This document shows, one piece after another, positions 52,544 to 63,504 of a DNA stretch of 64,000 nucleotides. Made by a program: the position numbers and the translations under genes. The DNA is from an uncultured Bacteroidota bacterium. Lineage in GTDB: Bacteria; Bacteroidota; Bacteroidia; Bacteroidales; VadinHA17. Within the stretch, counting starts at the first letter, position 1; every line of letters starts with the position of its first letter. The stretch is from the NCBI GenBank assembly GCA_963772715.1, contig CAVYYM010000033.1, forward strand, positions 220,549 to 284,548, read 5' to 3'. The notes below the pieces were generated by a model. That model did not search any database. It worked only from the letters and a program-made list of their open reading frames with translations, and had not been told where the DNA came from.

Positions 52544-53771
52544 CCTATAGAGATAAACGAATCCCCTGTACTCTTTTGAGTCATACTTGACATCATCCCA
52601 GCCATAGGCGCGGATTATGTAGAAGTATACTCCTGGTTGTGCTTCGGTCGAGGAGTTATTTACCTTTCCGTCCCAGCCATCCCAGCTCATCAGACGCTCG
52701 CCATCCCCGGAAAATGCGTAAACTTTCAATCCCGACTGGCTGAAAACCTCCATACTCACGAAACGGAGCGATTTGGATTCGATCCTGAACTTGTCGTTAT
52801 AACCGTCTTCATCAGGAGTGAAGACATTCGGTATATTCAGGGAGGAGGGGACCACTTTTATTGTTTCGGACCTGACCGAGTCGATGCAGTGGAGATCGCT
52901 CTCGATTGTCAGAAGTACGGTATATTCACCGGGCTTGTAATAAATATGTGGCGGCGGATTCTGAAGATGAGAGATTGTATCATCGCCAAAATCCCATAAA
53001 TAGATATCTCCTCTGACCGATTCATCCGTGAAGCTCACCTCAAGAGGAGCCTCACCCTCATTCGGATCAACTGAGAAATCGGCATTTACGTGTATCGATT
53101 CATAAAAGAAGGAAGACTCGCTATTGCATCCAAGGGAGCTGACTTCAAGCTTATATGTCACATCCTCGAGGGGTGGTGTGTAGGTGACGGGATTGATTTC
53201 GACATCCGGATAGGGTATTACCGATGCCGGATCAGATGACCAGAGAAATGTAATCACGTTTTTCTGCGTTACGGCAGCAGCAGTTACCGGATCTTTATAT
53301 ATAAAGTTAGCCGTCGTCGCTTCGGCTCGTCCCGCCAGTGCAACCCTGTTGCACAACTGTTGTTGAAGGCTTGCTTCTGCAATTGGAGGCGTATCAAAAA
53401 AGATCCATCCTGTAAATGTCTTTACAGTAATGCCTGAACTGTCAATCTTAACTCTGTACCCACCCCAGTCAAGGTTATTTATTGTAGAAACAGTTACTCC
53501 AATATGCGTGACAATGAATGTGCTGAAGCTTCCGGTTCCGTCATTCCATTTATACCAGGAATAATCGTAAGTTCCCGTTCCCCATGGCCTTTGTGCAGTC
53601 AGGGTTCCTTTTTCAGTCCCCAACAGCATTGCAGTAAAAGAAGATCGGATCCTTAACCGCAGGTGAGGAAGGATAAGAGGTATATTTGATCGATTTCGCG
53701 CCCGGGGCAGAAAGCTGCGCCACGACCGATACCGGCAAAAGAAAGACAATTATTGAAAACCAAAAACGCAC
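52541..53771 (-). pseudogene. PKD-domain surface protein with T9SS type B C-terminal sorting domain, one frameshift near the N-terminus
   Basis: ORF 52541..53749 ends with the CHU_C/type B CTD (PNVFTPDEDGYNDKF...GVYFYII...GFVYLYR). The signal peptide (MRFWFSIIVFLLPVSVVAQ from a GTG at 53771) and ...DPIFFYCNAVG lie in another frame. The junction is at a G4/C4 run (53618-53621). Confidence 0.7.
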
Positions 53772-53855
53772 AGGCAGTCTGAAATTTCTTAATTAACGGT
53801 TCCCACCGGACAATTTGTATAATCCGGTGCAAGTTTAATAAAATCTGAAGATTTT

Positions 53856-54179
53856 TCAGTCCGTATGGAAGACTTCTTCCATATCGGCCCACCATTCACC
53901 CTTTGCTCTTGTTGTAACCGGATCCTGCATAGGTTCCATAACAGCCCACCACTCCTGAGTTTTCGGATCTGCTGCCATTTTTGCCATATCGGCAGCAAAA
54001 TCATTGCCGGTATATTCAAAATATGCAAACAGCCTGTAGTCTTTATGAAAGATCGTATAGTTCCTGATATTGCATTTTTTTATCATATCAAGGACTTCCG
54101 GCCATACTTCAGAATGGTATTTTTTATACCGTTCAAAATGTTCCGGTCTTACTCCAATTATCTGTCCGTATCTTTTCAT
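53856..54179 (-). CDS. rhaM: L-rhamnose mutarotase family protein
   Basis: 107-aa ORF, MKRYGQIIGVRPEHFERYKKYHSEVWPEVL...NYTIF...EWWA..., which is RhaM/DUF718-like. Confidence 0.75.
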   Translation of the reverse strand: MKRYGQIIGVRPEHFERYKKYHSEVWPEVLDMIKKCNIRNYTIFHKDYRLFAYFEYTGNDFAADMAKMAADPKTQEWWAVMEPMQDPVTTRAKGEWWADMEEVFHTD

Positions 54180-54353
54180 GTTTATATAATTATTTCATAA
54201 TGATAAAAGTATATAAAATTAAAGGTTGTACAATATCGATCTATCCGGGCAATCTGTTAATAAATATTGCTCATAATTCTTCAACTACCCGCTTCCCTGA
54301 GATTGTATTTGTTATTTTTGCCTTCCCGGAACGCTGTAATTCCGAAAACAAGA

Positions 54354-56627
54354 ATGACCCATAACTATCTCAACGATCTGAATGATGCTCAGAGGGAGGC
54401 AGTGATCAATACTGAAGGACCTTCTCTTGTCATTGCCGGAGCAGGTGCCGGGAAGACACGCGTTCTCACCTATCGCATCGCCCACCTTCTTCAGAACGGA
54501 GTGAAGGCCGGGAAAATACTAGCGCTCACCTTCACCAACAAGGCGGCAGGTGAAATGAAGGAAAGGATCGCCAGGATAGCCGGACCAGAGATTGCCAGAT
54601 ACTTGTGGATGGGAACTTTTCACTCGATATTTGCAAAGATCCTCAGGATTGAGGGCGACAGGCTGGGATACAAATCAAATTACACGATCTATGATGCCGT
54701 CGATGCGAAAAGTCTCGTACGAACTATCATAAAAGAGCTCAATCTCGACGATAATATCTATAAACCGGGAGCGATCTCCGCCAGGATATCAATGGTCAAG
54801 AACAACCTCATCACAGCCAGCATTTACGCAGCTGATGCGTCGTTGCAGGATTATGACAAGGCAAGCAGGATGCCCCTCCTTTCCGATATATACAAAATAT
54901 ACGCCTCGAGGTGTTTCAGAGCCAATGCCATGGATTTCGACGACCTGCTGATGAACACAAATATATTATTCAGGGATTTCCCGGATGTGCTTGCCTCATA
55001 CCAGGAGCGGTTCAGTTATATCCTGGTTGATGAATATCAGGATACGAACTATGCCCAGTACCTGATTGTCAAAAAGCTTGCTGCAGTCCATCATAATCTA
55101 TGTGTGGTCGGCGATGATGCCCAGAGCATCTATTCCTTCCGGGGAGCGAGGATCGAGAATATACTTGAATTCAAAAACGACTACCCTGATTATAAACTCT
55201 TTAAGCTTGAGCAGAATTATCGCTCCACCCAGACAATAGTGAATGCCGCAAACAAGATAATTTCAAATAACGAGGGGCAGATACATAAAACCGTCTTTTC
55301 GAAAAACGAGCCTGGTGAAAAGATAATGATCATGCAGGCGATCACCGACACCGAGGAAGGATTCCTGATCGCCTCTGACATTTTCGACAGGAGGTATTCG
55401 AATCAGCTCAAATGGTCGGATTTCGCCATACTCTACAGGACCAACGCCCAGAGCCGCATCTTCGAGGAGACGCTGCGAAGAAAGAACATACCTTACAAGA
55501 TTTACGGAGGGCTCTCATTCTATGAGCGCAAGGAGATCAAGGATATACTTGCATATTTCAGGCTAATAATAAACCGGGACGATGAGGAAGCCCTGAAAAG
55601 GTCGATCAACTATCCCAAAAGGGGTATCGGTGACACTACTGTCGAAAAGATTTTCGAACTGGCTGCAGATCAAAATATTACTGCATGGAATATCCTTTAT
55701 GAAGCAAATAAGTATCCCCAGCATTTCAACGGAGGTACTGTTAAAAAATTAACAGTATATGCAGATCTCATCAATGCTCTTTCGACAGATGCAGATAAAA
55801 CTGATGCATATAACAAGGCAAAGGAGATAGCTGCCGGATCAGGAATTATGAAAGAGCTTCGGGATGGCAAGCTTCCTGAGGAGATCAGCCGCTATGAGAA
55901 CATGGAAGAGCTCCTCAATGCCATAAAGATTTTTACTGAAGCCGCTGAAACAAACGGAGAACCTTCAACACTTGGCGCATACCTGACCAATGTCGCACTT
56001 CTGACAGATCAGGATAACGAAAAGGAGGAGGACAGGGAGAAAGTCACGCTAATGACAATGCACTCAGCTAAAGGACTGGAATTCAGTCATGTATATATTG
56101 TGGGAATGGAAGATACACTTTTCCCCTCTCCCATGTCGTCAGGCAGTTCGAAGGAGCTCGAGGAGGAGAGACGGCTCTTCTACGTAGCCGTTACCCGTGC
56201 AAAGAAGCAGGCTACCCTCAGCTATGCACTGAACAGATATAAATGGGGTAACCTTGAAAGGAGCAATCCGAGCAGATTCCTTCGCGAGCTCGATATGAAA
56301 TATGTCGATTACCCTCAGACTGGCGGCAAACCATTCCAGGCAAGAAAGGGCAGCGATGACAAGCCTTCTTCTTTCAGAGAGGAACAAGCAGCGTTTAAAC
56401 CTTCATCAAGGCTTAAGAAATTATCAAAACCTTCTGGTCAGCCTGCCACGACATTTAATGGCATCGATCCTTCAGAGTTCGCTGAAGGTGATTCCGTGCA
56501 GCACGAAAGATTCGGGAGCGGTAAAATAGTCTCCATCGAAGGGGTACCTCCCAATCAGACAGCTACAGTCGATTTCGGTAAAGAAGGAAAGAAGAAGCTA
56601 TTGCTGAGATTTGCAAAGCTGATCTAA
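54354..56627 (+). CDS. UvrD/PcrA/Rep-family ATP-dependent DNA helicase
   Basis: The ORF spans 54267..56627. The likely start is MTHNYLNDLNDAQREAV at 54354. It has SF1 helicase motifs (AGAGAGKTRVLT, DEYQDTN, SIYSFRGA, TMHSAKGLEF). Confidence 0.93.
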   Translation: MTHNYLNDLNDAQREAVINTEGPSLVIAGAGAGKTRVLTYRIAHLLQNGVKAGKILALTFTNKAAGEMKERIARIAGPEIARYLWMGTFHSIFAKILRIEGDRLGYKSNYTIYDAVDAKSLVRTIIKELNLDDNIYKPGAISARISMVKNNLITASIYAADASLQDYDKASRMPLLSDIYKIYASRCFRANAMDFDDLLMNTNILFRDFPDVLASYQERFSYILVDEYQDTNYAQYLIVKKLAAVHHNLCVVGDDAQSIYSFRGARIENILEFKNDYPDYKLFKLEQNYRSTQTIVNAANKIISNNEGQIHKTVFSKNEPGEKIMIMQAITDTEEGFLIASDIFDRRYSNQLKWSDFAILYRTNAQSRIFEETLRRKNIPYKIYGGLSFYERKEIKDILAYFRLIINRDDEEALKRSINYPKRGIGDTTVEKIFELAADQNITAWNILYEANKYPQHFNGGTVKKLTVYADLINALSTDADKTDAYNKAKEIAAGSGIMKELRDGKLPEEISRYENMEELLNAIKIFTEAAETNGEPSTLGAYLTNVALLTDQDNEKEEDREKVTLMTMHSAKGLEFSHVYIVGMEDTLFPSPMSSGSSKELEEERRLFYVAVTRAKKQATLSYALNRYKWGNLERSNPSRFLRELDMKYVDYPQTGGKPFQARKGSDDKPSSFREEQAAFKPSSRLKKLSKPSGQPATTFNGIDPSEFAEGDSVQHERFGSGKIVSIEGVPPNQTATVDFGKEGKKKLLLRFAKLI

Positions 56628-56659
56628 ATGCAATAGCGCTTTAGAGGCAATGGAATGCC

Positions 56660-57646
56660 TTATTTCTGTTCCCCTGCCTGGTTGAAATTCATCTGCCGCA
56701 ATGGGAATCCTGCCGGGCTCATCGTATGATTGAAACCTGTATTGATCTCTTTGGTTTCTGATTTCATCGCCAGTTTGCCCTTTTCATCATATGATTCCAT
56801 CGCCAGCGTCGCAGCATCCCGGAGCTCAGGATTGTCAAAATAGGGAGATATCCCTGCTTTTGAGAAAGTTCTCTTGTCGGCTTTCAGCTTCAGATCTTTG
56901 GTCAGCCATACTTTATTGTACTCTTTTTTACCGGTTTCCTTTACCAGGTACTCGTCGCATTTATAACCTGCGATCACCCTGCTGTTCCCTGTCCTGGTTA
57001 CCGTAGGTTTAGGAGTCTCCGCCTCAGAGGCTGTTTCATCGGGCACATCGCTGATGATCCCTATTTTTGTTCCTCCCATTTCGCTAAGCATAAGAAATGA
57101 TTTGTTTGTGCCATCATAAATGAATGACGAAGACATAGCAATCTGGTCTCCATCATCAGTGGTTCCTGCAATTTTTGATTCTACTCCTGCATCGGGAGAC
57201 GAATCGCTGAAATAAATATAATAATCCATTTTCACAACGTCCTTGCCATCGTACATCTCAGCCTGCATGTAAATCCTGTTGTTGAATGAATAGGATTCGC
57301 TGTATTTTGACGTAACCGGGCCTCCTCCCAACATGGCGCCGAGGTTGAAACCACCGCCACCCTGGTCTGTTCCTTCCTTATTACCCTCCTGTTTGGCAGA
57401 TTCACCTTCCTTTTGATTTTCAGCATTGCTCTTTTCAATATCCTCCTCTATTTTAACTGCAGCCTTATTGACTTCTTCCTCTGCTTTCTTTTCTATTTGC
57501 CTGTCAGCTTCTTTGTCTGCTGCATTTACACCTGCATCTACGGCTTTGTTGACCTTGCTTCTCAAATACCCTCCTACCTGTCCGCTGGTAAATGATGTAA
57601 CAGCAAAAATCAGGATCACAGACAGAATAATTGATTTAGTTCTCAT
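56660..57646 (-). CDS. Secreted hypothetical protein (DUF4412-like C-terminal domain, Glu/Lys-rich N-terminal region)
   Basis: 328-aa ORF with a signal peptide and a low-complexity EK-rich segment, followed by a beta-rich domain (GYKCDEYLVKE...). The family call is tentative. Confidence 0.6.
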   Translation of the reverse strand: MRTKSIILSVILIFAVTSFTSGQVGGYLRSKVNKAVDAGVNAADKEADRQIEKKAEEEVNKAAVKIEEDIEKSNAENQKEGESAKQEGNKEGTDQGGGGFNLGAMLGGGPVTSKYSESYSFNNRIYMQAEMYDGKDVVKMDYYIYFSDSSPDAGVESKIAGTTDDGDQIAMSSSFIYDGTNKSFLMLSEMGGTKIGIISDVPDETASEAETPKPTVTRTGNSRVIAGYKCDEYLVKETGKKEYNKVWLTKDLKLKADKRTFSKAGISPYFDNPELRDAATLAMESYDEKGKLAMKSETKEINTGFNHTMSPAGFPLRQMNFNQAGEQK

Positions 57647-57694
57647 TTTTGAAGTTTTAGGGAATAAAAAGTAAAGTTACAAATTTTCAAAATA

Positions 57695-57729
57695 CAAAAA
57701 AACCTGCCGGAACCAAAGTTCGCGGCAGG
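57695..57729 (-). terminator. Intrinsic terminator after the 57770..58531 gene
   Basis: On the minus strand, a CCTGCCG/CGGCAGG stem is followed by a T7-8 run. Confidence 0.6.
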
Positions 57730-57769
57730 CTGAAAACTGATTAAGGAAGTAAGTGGATGCTAAAATTAT

Positions 57770-58531
57770 CTATACAGCTACTGCTTCGGGTTCTGCAGGT
57801 TTTTCTTTCTCGATAAGAACCGACTGGTACAGTGAGGCGAATGAGCTTTTTACCCAGATGTCTGCAGCTAATACCCCGACAAACATAAGGATGAATCCAA
57901 ATATATAGATGAAGAACGAAACAAATCCCATAAGGAATATTGTCCATCCATGGCCCCTCGTAAGCTTCCAGCTCAATTCAACCGATTCAATAGGATCAAG
58001 TTTCTTATCCATAACAATATATGGCACGAAAGCCAGACGGCATGCTATGATTATACCAGGAACAATCAGCGCAAAAAGACCTATGGCGACAAGGGCAAAA
58101 ACCAGCAGGTTGGCGAGTATGATATTCAGGTAGTTGGTCCAGAAACCCTTTATGAGCCATTCAAAATCGGGTTTGATTTTCCTTACAGATTCCACGAAGA
58201 TCATCTTGGCGCCATATTTTATTACCGGCAATGCCAGGAATGTATAGGCGAGAGCCAATATACCGATAAAAATCGCCAGAGCTCCCAGCGAGGCGATACC
58301 GAATATCTGGCCCCAGTCTCCATTCCAGTGATCAAAGTTGAAATTCCCGAAATCATGTTTGTCAAAATTGAAATTAAGGCCCCCCATCGGACCAGTAAGA
58401 GCCGCGAGTACTATAACCACCAGCAATAATCTCAGGAAGTTGTTAAACATTACATTCCACCCGGTCCCAAAACTGTCGCCAAAGGTTGGGAACAGTTTAT
58501 ATTCTCTGATTTTTTCCATCGTTGCATTCAT
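57770..58531 (-). CDS. Multi-pass integral membrane protein (DUF975-like, tentative)
   Basis: 253-aa ORF with 5-6 hydrophobic helices. I recognise no catalytic motif. Confidence 0.65.
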   Translation of the reverse strand: MNATMEKIREYKLFPTFGDSFGTGWNVMFNNFLRLLLVVIVLAALTGPMGGLNFNFDKHDFGNFNFDHWNGDWGQIFGIASLGALAIFIGILALAYTFLALPVIKYGAKMIFVESVRKIKPDFEWLIKGFWTNYLNIILANLLVFALVAIGLFALIVPGIIIACRLAFVPYIVMDKKLDPIESVELSWKLTRGHGWTIFLMGFVSFFIYIFGFILMFVGVLAADIWVKSSFASLYQSVLIEKEKPAEPEAVAV

Positions 58532-58651
58532 GACATTTAATTTTGGTTAATATTTCAAAGCAAATGTAAACCCCATTTTGAAGACAGGCTTCATACTATA
58601 GTATTGAATTTTAAATTTCCTACTTAAGTATGGTGGCAATACTTTAGTAGG

Positions 58652-58721
58652 AATTTCGAATTTCGAATTGCGGATTGCGGATTGTAAAAAAATCCGCAAT
58701 CCGCAATCCGCAATCCGAAAT
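58652..58721. repeat. Tandem-unit hairpin, locus C (same CGGATTG/AATCCGC heptamer family as locus B)
   Basis: The sequence is AATTTCG AATTTCG AATTGCGG ATTGCGG ATTG, then a TAAAAA loop, then AATCCGC AATCCGC AATCCGC AATCCGA AAT. The central arms pair perfectly. It lies between two divergently oriented gene starts. Confidence 0.85.
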
Positions 58722-58744
58722 AAACTGAATACCTTTATGTCATA

Positions 58745-59674
58745 ATGCTCAGGATCCTCTTCTATCTGGTTTTTATTTTAACCGTGGCTCTTACGTCTGC
58801 AGGTATCATTCTTGCATCACGGCTCCGAAACAACAATAGATCGGAAATATTCTCCCCTCTTCTCTATTACCAGGTCTTCATATTTACCTTTGGATTCTAC
58901 GGGATATGGGGTCAAGTGCTCATAAAGGCATTCCTGGCTGCCTACATTTCCCCCGGGCTTTTTACCCGCTTTTCCAATATGGCACTATTGATGGGGCTTC
59001 CATTCCTGGTATTTGCATGGCTGATGCTGATACAGTTCGCATCAGGTATCTCAGGCAGAAAGACAGGCGGATGGGCTGTTTTCTCATTCCTTTTCGGAAA
59101 TTTCTCCATACTCTTCATCCTGGGTTATTTTATCGCGAGCAAGAATATAACCGAACCCGCCAGGCTCGTCAAGAACTATTATATCCTGATGAGTGTGATC
59201 TGGTCGCTGATTGCTTCATACCTTATCCATTTGCCAATAAAAGGTAAGGAGACGGTTCATGAGTATGACAGAAAAATAACATGCACCCATGATTTCCATC
59301 ATCAGTATGTCTCAATGTATACCGCTGGTGTTTTATACTTCGGAATCGTGGCTGGCATTGATCTTCATCTTTGTCTTTTTCCTTGGAAACACATTTCTTC
59401 CTGTATATTTCAGCTATGGGACACTACGCCCATTTCTGCAACAGAACCTGCAAGAGACCTGTCATTTGAGCAATTCTGCAGAAAATTCGAAGTATCGCCG
59501 CGTGAGACCGATATTGTTCGGGAAATATGTAATGGACTAAGCAATAAGGAAATATCTGAAAAACTATTCATCAGCCTGCAGACTGTAAAAGACCATACTC
59601 ACCGGATTTATATCAAGACCAATGTAAGAAGCAGGGTGCAGCTGATCAATTTAGTAAAAGGAAACTCGAAATGA
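58745..59674 (+). CDS. Multi-TM N-terminal domain fused to a LuxR-type HTH (possible hidden frame excursion 59285-59460)
   Basis: 309-aa open frame with five clear N-terminal TM helices and a C-terminal LuxR HTH (SPRETDIVREICNGLSNKEISEKLFISLQTVKDHTHRIYIKTNVRSRVQL). The overlapping +1 ORF 59289..59540 encodes two more TM-like helices. Confidence 0.7.
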   Translation: MLRILFYLVFILTVALTSAGIILASRLRNNNRSEIFSPLLYYQVFIFTFGFYGIWGQVLIKAFLAAYISPGLFTRFSNMALLMGLPFLVFAWLMLIQFASGISGRKTGGWAVFSFLFGNFSILFILGYFIASKNITEPARLVKNYYILMSVIWSLIASYLIHLPIKGKETVHEYDRKITCTHDFHHQYVSMYTAGVLYFGIVAGIDLHLCLFPWKHISSCIFQLWDTTPISATEPARDLSFEQFCRKFEVSPRETDIVREICNGLSNKEISEKLFISLQTVKDHTHRIYIKTNVRSRVQLINLVKGNSK

Positions 59675-59677
59675 ATG

Positions 59678-59704
59678 GTCGTGCAATCATGCAATCTGCA
59701 ATTC
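59678..59704. repeat. One-armed tandem-unit array, locus I (GTCGTGCA ATCATGCA ATCTGCA; same class as the locus F left arm)
   Basis: It lies directly after the LuxR-type gene stop. I found no complementary arm within the next 60 nt. Confidence 0.5.
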
Positions 59705-59734
59705 CGGTTTCTTTTACTTTACCCGTCGCTAAAT

Positions 59735-60344
59735 TTACAGAAACACCAATACTCGGCCTCCTTCAAATTCCAGTTCAAAATGATCTCCATTTGCTTCATT
59801 AAGTGTCGCTTCCCACCAGTTTTTCAGCTTTCTTTTGATGAGAGGATAACGCAATCCTGAAGAGGTGATCTCCGTTTCAGGATTGATAGAAAAGATTGAA
59901 ACCTGCTGTCCGGGAAATGTTTCAATCTTGCAGCTCTTATGGAACGGAAGGAAGATCCCGGTGTCAGTGACCATTTTAACATTCACAATTTCGGAATATT
60001 CTGCAAGCAATGAAATATTTCCTATAGTATGATCCTCTCTTTTTCCTGTTGCTCCCAAGTATTATGATATCATTATAACCTGATGCATGACACCATTCAA
60101 CTGCCTTGGTAAGGTCATTTGTCTCCTGATTATCATCAATATAGATACGGTCTGAAAATCTGTTTCGTAATTCATCGCTCAGAGAATCCATATCACCAAC
60201 AATTGCATCAGGTATCTTGCCTGAATTTATCAGGCTTTCAGCACTTCCGTCGCAGCATACAATCAAATCAGCACTTTCAAGATATCCAAGAGGCATTTCA
60301 TGAACGGGAAAAGCTCCGTCGGCAACAATAACTGCGTTTGACAT
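59735..60344 (-). pseudogene. thiN: Thiamine pyrophosphokinase, one frameshift
   Basis: ORFs 59976..60344 (..DLIVCCDGSAE...VGDMDS...DDNQETNDLTKA...DIIILG) and 59735..60058 (GATGKREDHTIGNISLL...) overlap in different frames. The junction is at a G3 run near 60052-60056. The total length is 610 nt, not a multiple of 3. Confidence 0.8.
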
Positions 60345-60350
60345 TGAATT

Positions 60351-60993
60351 TTATTTATTCACGTTTAATGATTTCTTCCATTCTATCAGCCCCACGAACG
60401 ACATAGCACAATATACAATATATAGTATTACTGTCGGATACAGATCCCTGGTAAAAAAGAGCGCCGCGGCAGCTAATATTGACAACAATCCACAGAAACC
60501 AGTGTTCATAGATCTTCCGGGCCAGCATCCATGTTGCTATAACCGAAAGGGAGGTTATAAACGAATCCCACGCGGGCACCGGCGAATCAGTAAGTCTGTC
60601 AAGTATAATCCACATCAGGAAAAACAATAGCAGGAATACCACAGTAAGAATTATTCCTGTATTACCAGTTTAAGTCTGGTTACTTTTAGCTTTTCTTTGC
60701 TCAAATGCACCTGTCGCCGTCCTCGATAGCTATTCAGCTGAGCCTGCGCCTCGCCTATCGCCTTTGATCCACCAATACCATCCCAAAATACTGATAACCA
60801 GATAATATCCCTGAAGGCTCATATCTGCATAAAGCTTACCTGTGAAGAATATCCATATATAAACCGCAGATGTTATAATCCCCACCGGCCACAGCCAGAT
60901 ATTCTGTCTGATTTCCAGTATCACATACAGTATTCCGGTGACTGCTCCGAAAAGTTCAATATAATTATTTGATATCCAGTCAGATATAATCAT
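60351..60993 (-). pseudogene. pnuC: PnuC-family (PnuT-like) vitamin transporter, at least three frame changes
   Basis: ORFs 60730..60993 and 60355..60642 are PnuC-like (WPVGIITSAVYIWIFF; SLSVIATWMLARKIYEHWFLWIVVN). In-frame stops lie between them. The conserved C-terminus LAAAALFFTRDLYPTVILYIVYCAMSFVGLIEWKK lies in another frame and ends at 60351. Confidence 0.75.
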
Positions 60994-61002
60994 GTTTTAA
61001 TA

Positions 61003-63453
61003 TTAAAACATAATTCCGGCCCTGAATATGACATTCGTGCCTGCTTGCGGGAAATAGTACGACCAGCTCTTTTCAATACCAGCTTCGTACCAATTGCCGC
61101 CATAAGCATTGCTCTCATATTCCGTATTAAAAATATTATTTACAAAAACCTGGAATTCAACACCTTTTCAGTTTTCTTATCACCGGTTCAAAGGAGATTC
61201 TCAGATTATTCACAAAGTATGGATCGAGCATTCTTTCCGCGGCTCATAGTGTTGTCGAAGTATTGCTTCCCTACATATTTGCTGATAAGGTGTATCCCGA
61301 AGTTTTTCAGGATTTTGAAATTCAGGTCGCTGGTTCCGGTAATGGAGGGAGAATAAGCTATATCGACAGTTCCGAGGTTTTTACTCTTATACGCACTTTC
61401 CCAGGTTAATGTATCATAATCAGTATAATACATGGTGAAATCGTTGATCTTATTTCTGCTCAGGGTAAGGCTTAAATCCCAGTCGAGGAAACTGAATGGT
61501 TTCAATCCTGCACTCAGCTCGATACCGGCACTATAACTCTTCCAACATTAGTCATTATAGAATACCCAGTGCTGCTGAGCTCCCCTGTTGGAACCAGCTG
61601 ATCATGATAATACATCAGATAACTATTCATAGCAAGAGAAAAGTTCTCAGCTTTCAAGCTGTATCCCAGCTCGGTATCAAACAGTCTCTCCTGTCTGGGT
61701 GTTGCATCCGGATCACCTGTGGCCTCTTTGAAATCGGCTCTTGTGGGCTCCCTCCCGGCGACTGAAAACGACAGCCAGCCAATCTGTCCGGGCGATATCT
61801 CCCAGAAAAGTCCGGCCTTTGGATTGAAAAAGCTGAAACTATGCTCCTGTGCCAGGTCTTTCTGCAGATCATCTATCTTATCATCATCCTTGCCTTCCAT
61901 TTTATAAAATATGTACCGGTATTGCAGGTCTCCATAAACAGATAGATCATCAGTCATCGAATAAGTTGCCTTGGCGTAGACGCTTGCTTCGCTCTTTGTT
62001 CCAGTATTGAAGTACCATTGGTAATCTTTCTCAAGGATTGAATATTTCATCCAGATGATCTCCCCGAAGTGATCGCCTGCGTAATAATTTGCTCCTCCGC
62101 CGAAAGCAGCCTCGACCTTGTTCTTCGCATATTTAAGGGAGTATACAAGTCCGTAGAAATCGTTCGATATCCATTTTCTTGTTATCAGATCGGTCGATGA
62201 AATAACTGTGTCACCTATATTTATTTCATTAACGGGAAGGTAGTCTGAGATATCCCTCGTCTTCCTTGAACTCTTCATAATAACCTTTGCCTTTTGTATA
62301 ATGCAGGGCAGTGCTGAGGTTAAGATTATCACTGATATTCAGGCTGTAGATCAGCTGAAAGTGATCCTGCCGGTAGTTGTCGCTCTCATTATCATAATAA
62401 CGTGTCACTCCATTCTCATCCGTATATTCTCCTGCCGGATTATATCTCCTGTCAACCGTAAGCATTTCCTCCGGCACTCCCCACCACCCTATGCCTGTAT
62501 GTTCTTCCCCCAGAATAATATTGGCTTTTATCCTCGACCGGCCCGCTCTCATGAAACCGGAAATGTATGATGACCTGTGATCGGAACCAGTTCTTTTGAT
62601 GTATCCATCACTATTCAGCTGCGAAAGCCTGAGCTGAAGAGCGAACCTGTCCTGCAAGAAGACCCGTTCCTGCAGCCAAAGTGTTCTTAATGGTACTGAA
62701 TGATCCTGCCGATGAATTTAATTGTGCAAAAGGCTCATTTTCAGGACTTTTAGTTTGTATGCTGACTGTTGCCTCCAAAAGCTCCGGCACCATTTGATGA
62801 AGTTCCGACACCTCTCTGGACCTGGATATTGTCAACTGATGAAGCCAGGTCAGGCAGATCGACCCAGAAGACCTGCTGTGACTCAGAATCATTGAGTGGT
62901 ATCCCGTCAATTGTCACGTTGATCCTGCTGGCGTCGGTGCCACGTATGCGAAGGCTGGTATATCCTATTCCGTTGCCGGCTTCTGAGGTTTCAACCAGTG
63001 AAGGAGTCATTGCGAGCAGGAAAGGGTATATCCTGACCTGTGTTGTTCTTTCTGATGAGCTCTTCATCAATTGTTGAATATGCAAGGGGAGCGCGGTCTC
63101 CTGCCCGTATTGCATTGACAATCACCTCTCCTGCATTATACAGTAAGGGAACAAGCTGAATATTGAGAACCGCTTTTCCCCTGACATAAACCTCTTTCCT
63201 GATGGTTTCGTAACCCAGAAAAGAAATATCGTATTGCATAATAACCATCCTTAAGCCCTGCAAGTGTGTAAAATCCGTTTTCATCACTCAGGACACCAAG
63301 CTGAGTTCCCGTAATGGAGACTCCTGCACCCGGAACCGGATTGCCTTCATGGTCGGTGATTCTGCCTGTAATGACAGAACCATTTACCTGAAAGGCCAGA
63401 ATATCAGGAAATAAAATAAATACAAGTATTAATGCAAAAATTATCCGTCTCAT
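61003..63453 (-). pseudogene. TonB-dependent receptor (CarboxypepD_reg + plug + barrel), at least eight frame changes
   Basis: Seven track ORFs plus a tail tile the gene across all three frames. They cover the N-terminus MRRIIFALILVF..NGSVITGRITD, the plug IRGTDASRINVTIDGIPLNDSESQQVFWVDLPD..VQRGVGTSSNGAGAFGG, barrel segments, and the C-terminus ..NIFNTEYESNAYGGNWYEAG..NVIFRAGIMF* ending at 61003. Confidence 0.8.
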
Positions 63454-63504
63454 TCCATGTCAGCAAAAACATTAGTCCGATGAGGTGGATAAACAGCTGA
63501 TTTA

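Noticed and set aside
60991-61011. 20-nt perfect AT-only palindrome ATGTTTTAATATTAAAACAT spanning the receptor stop and the pnuC-like start
   Set aside because: It is real in the sequence but composed almost entirely of A/T, so any stem would be weak. It may simply reflect an AT-rich junction, and on its own it is not enough to claim a translational-coupling structure.
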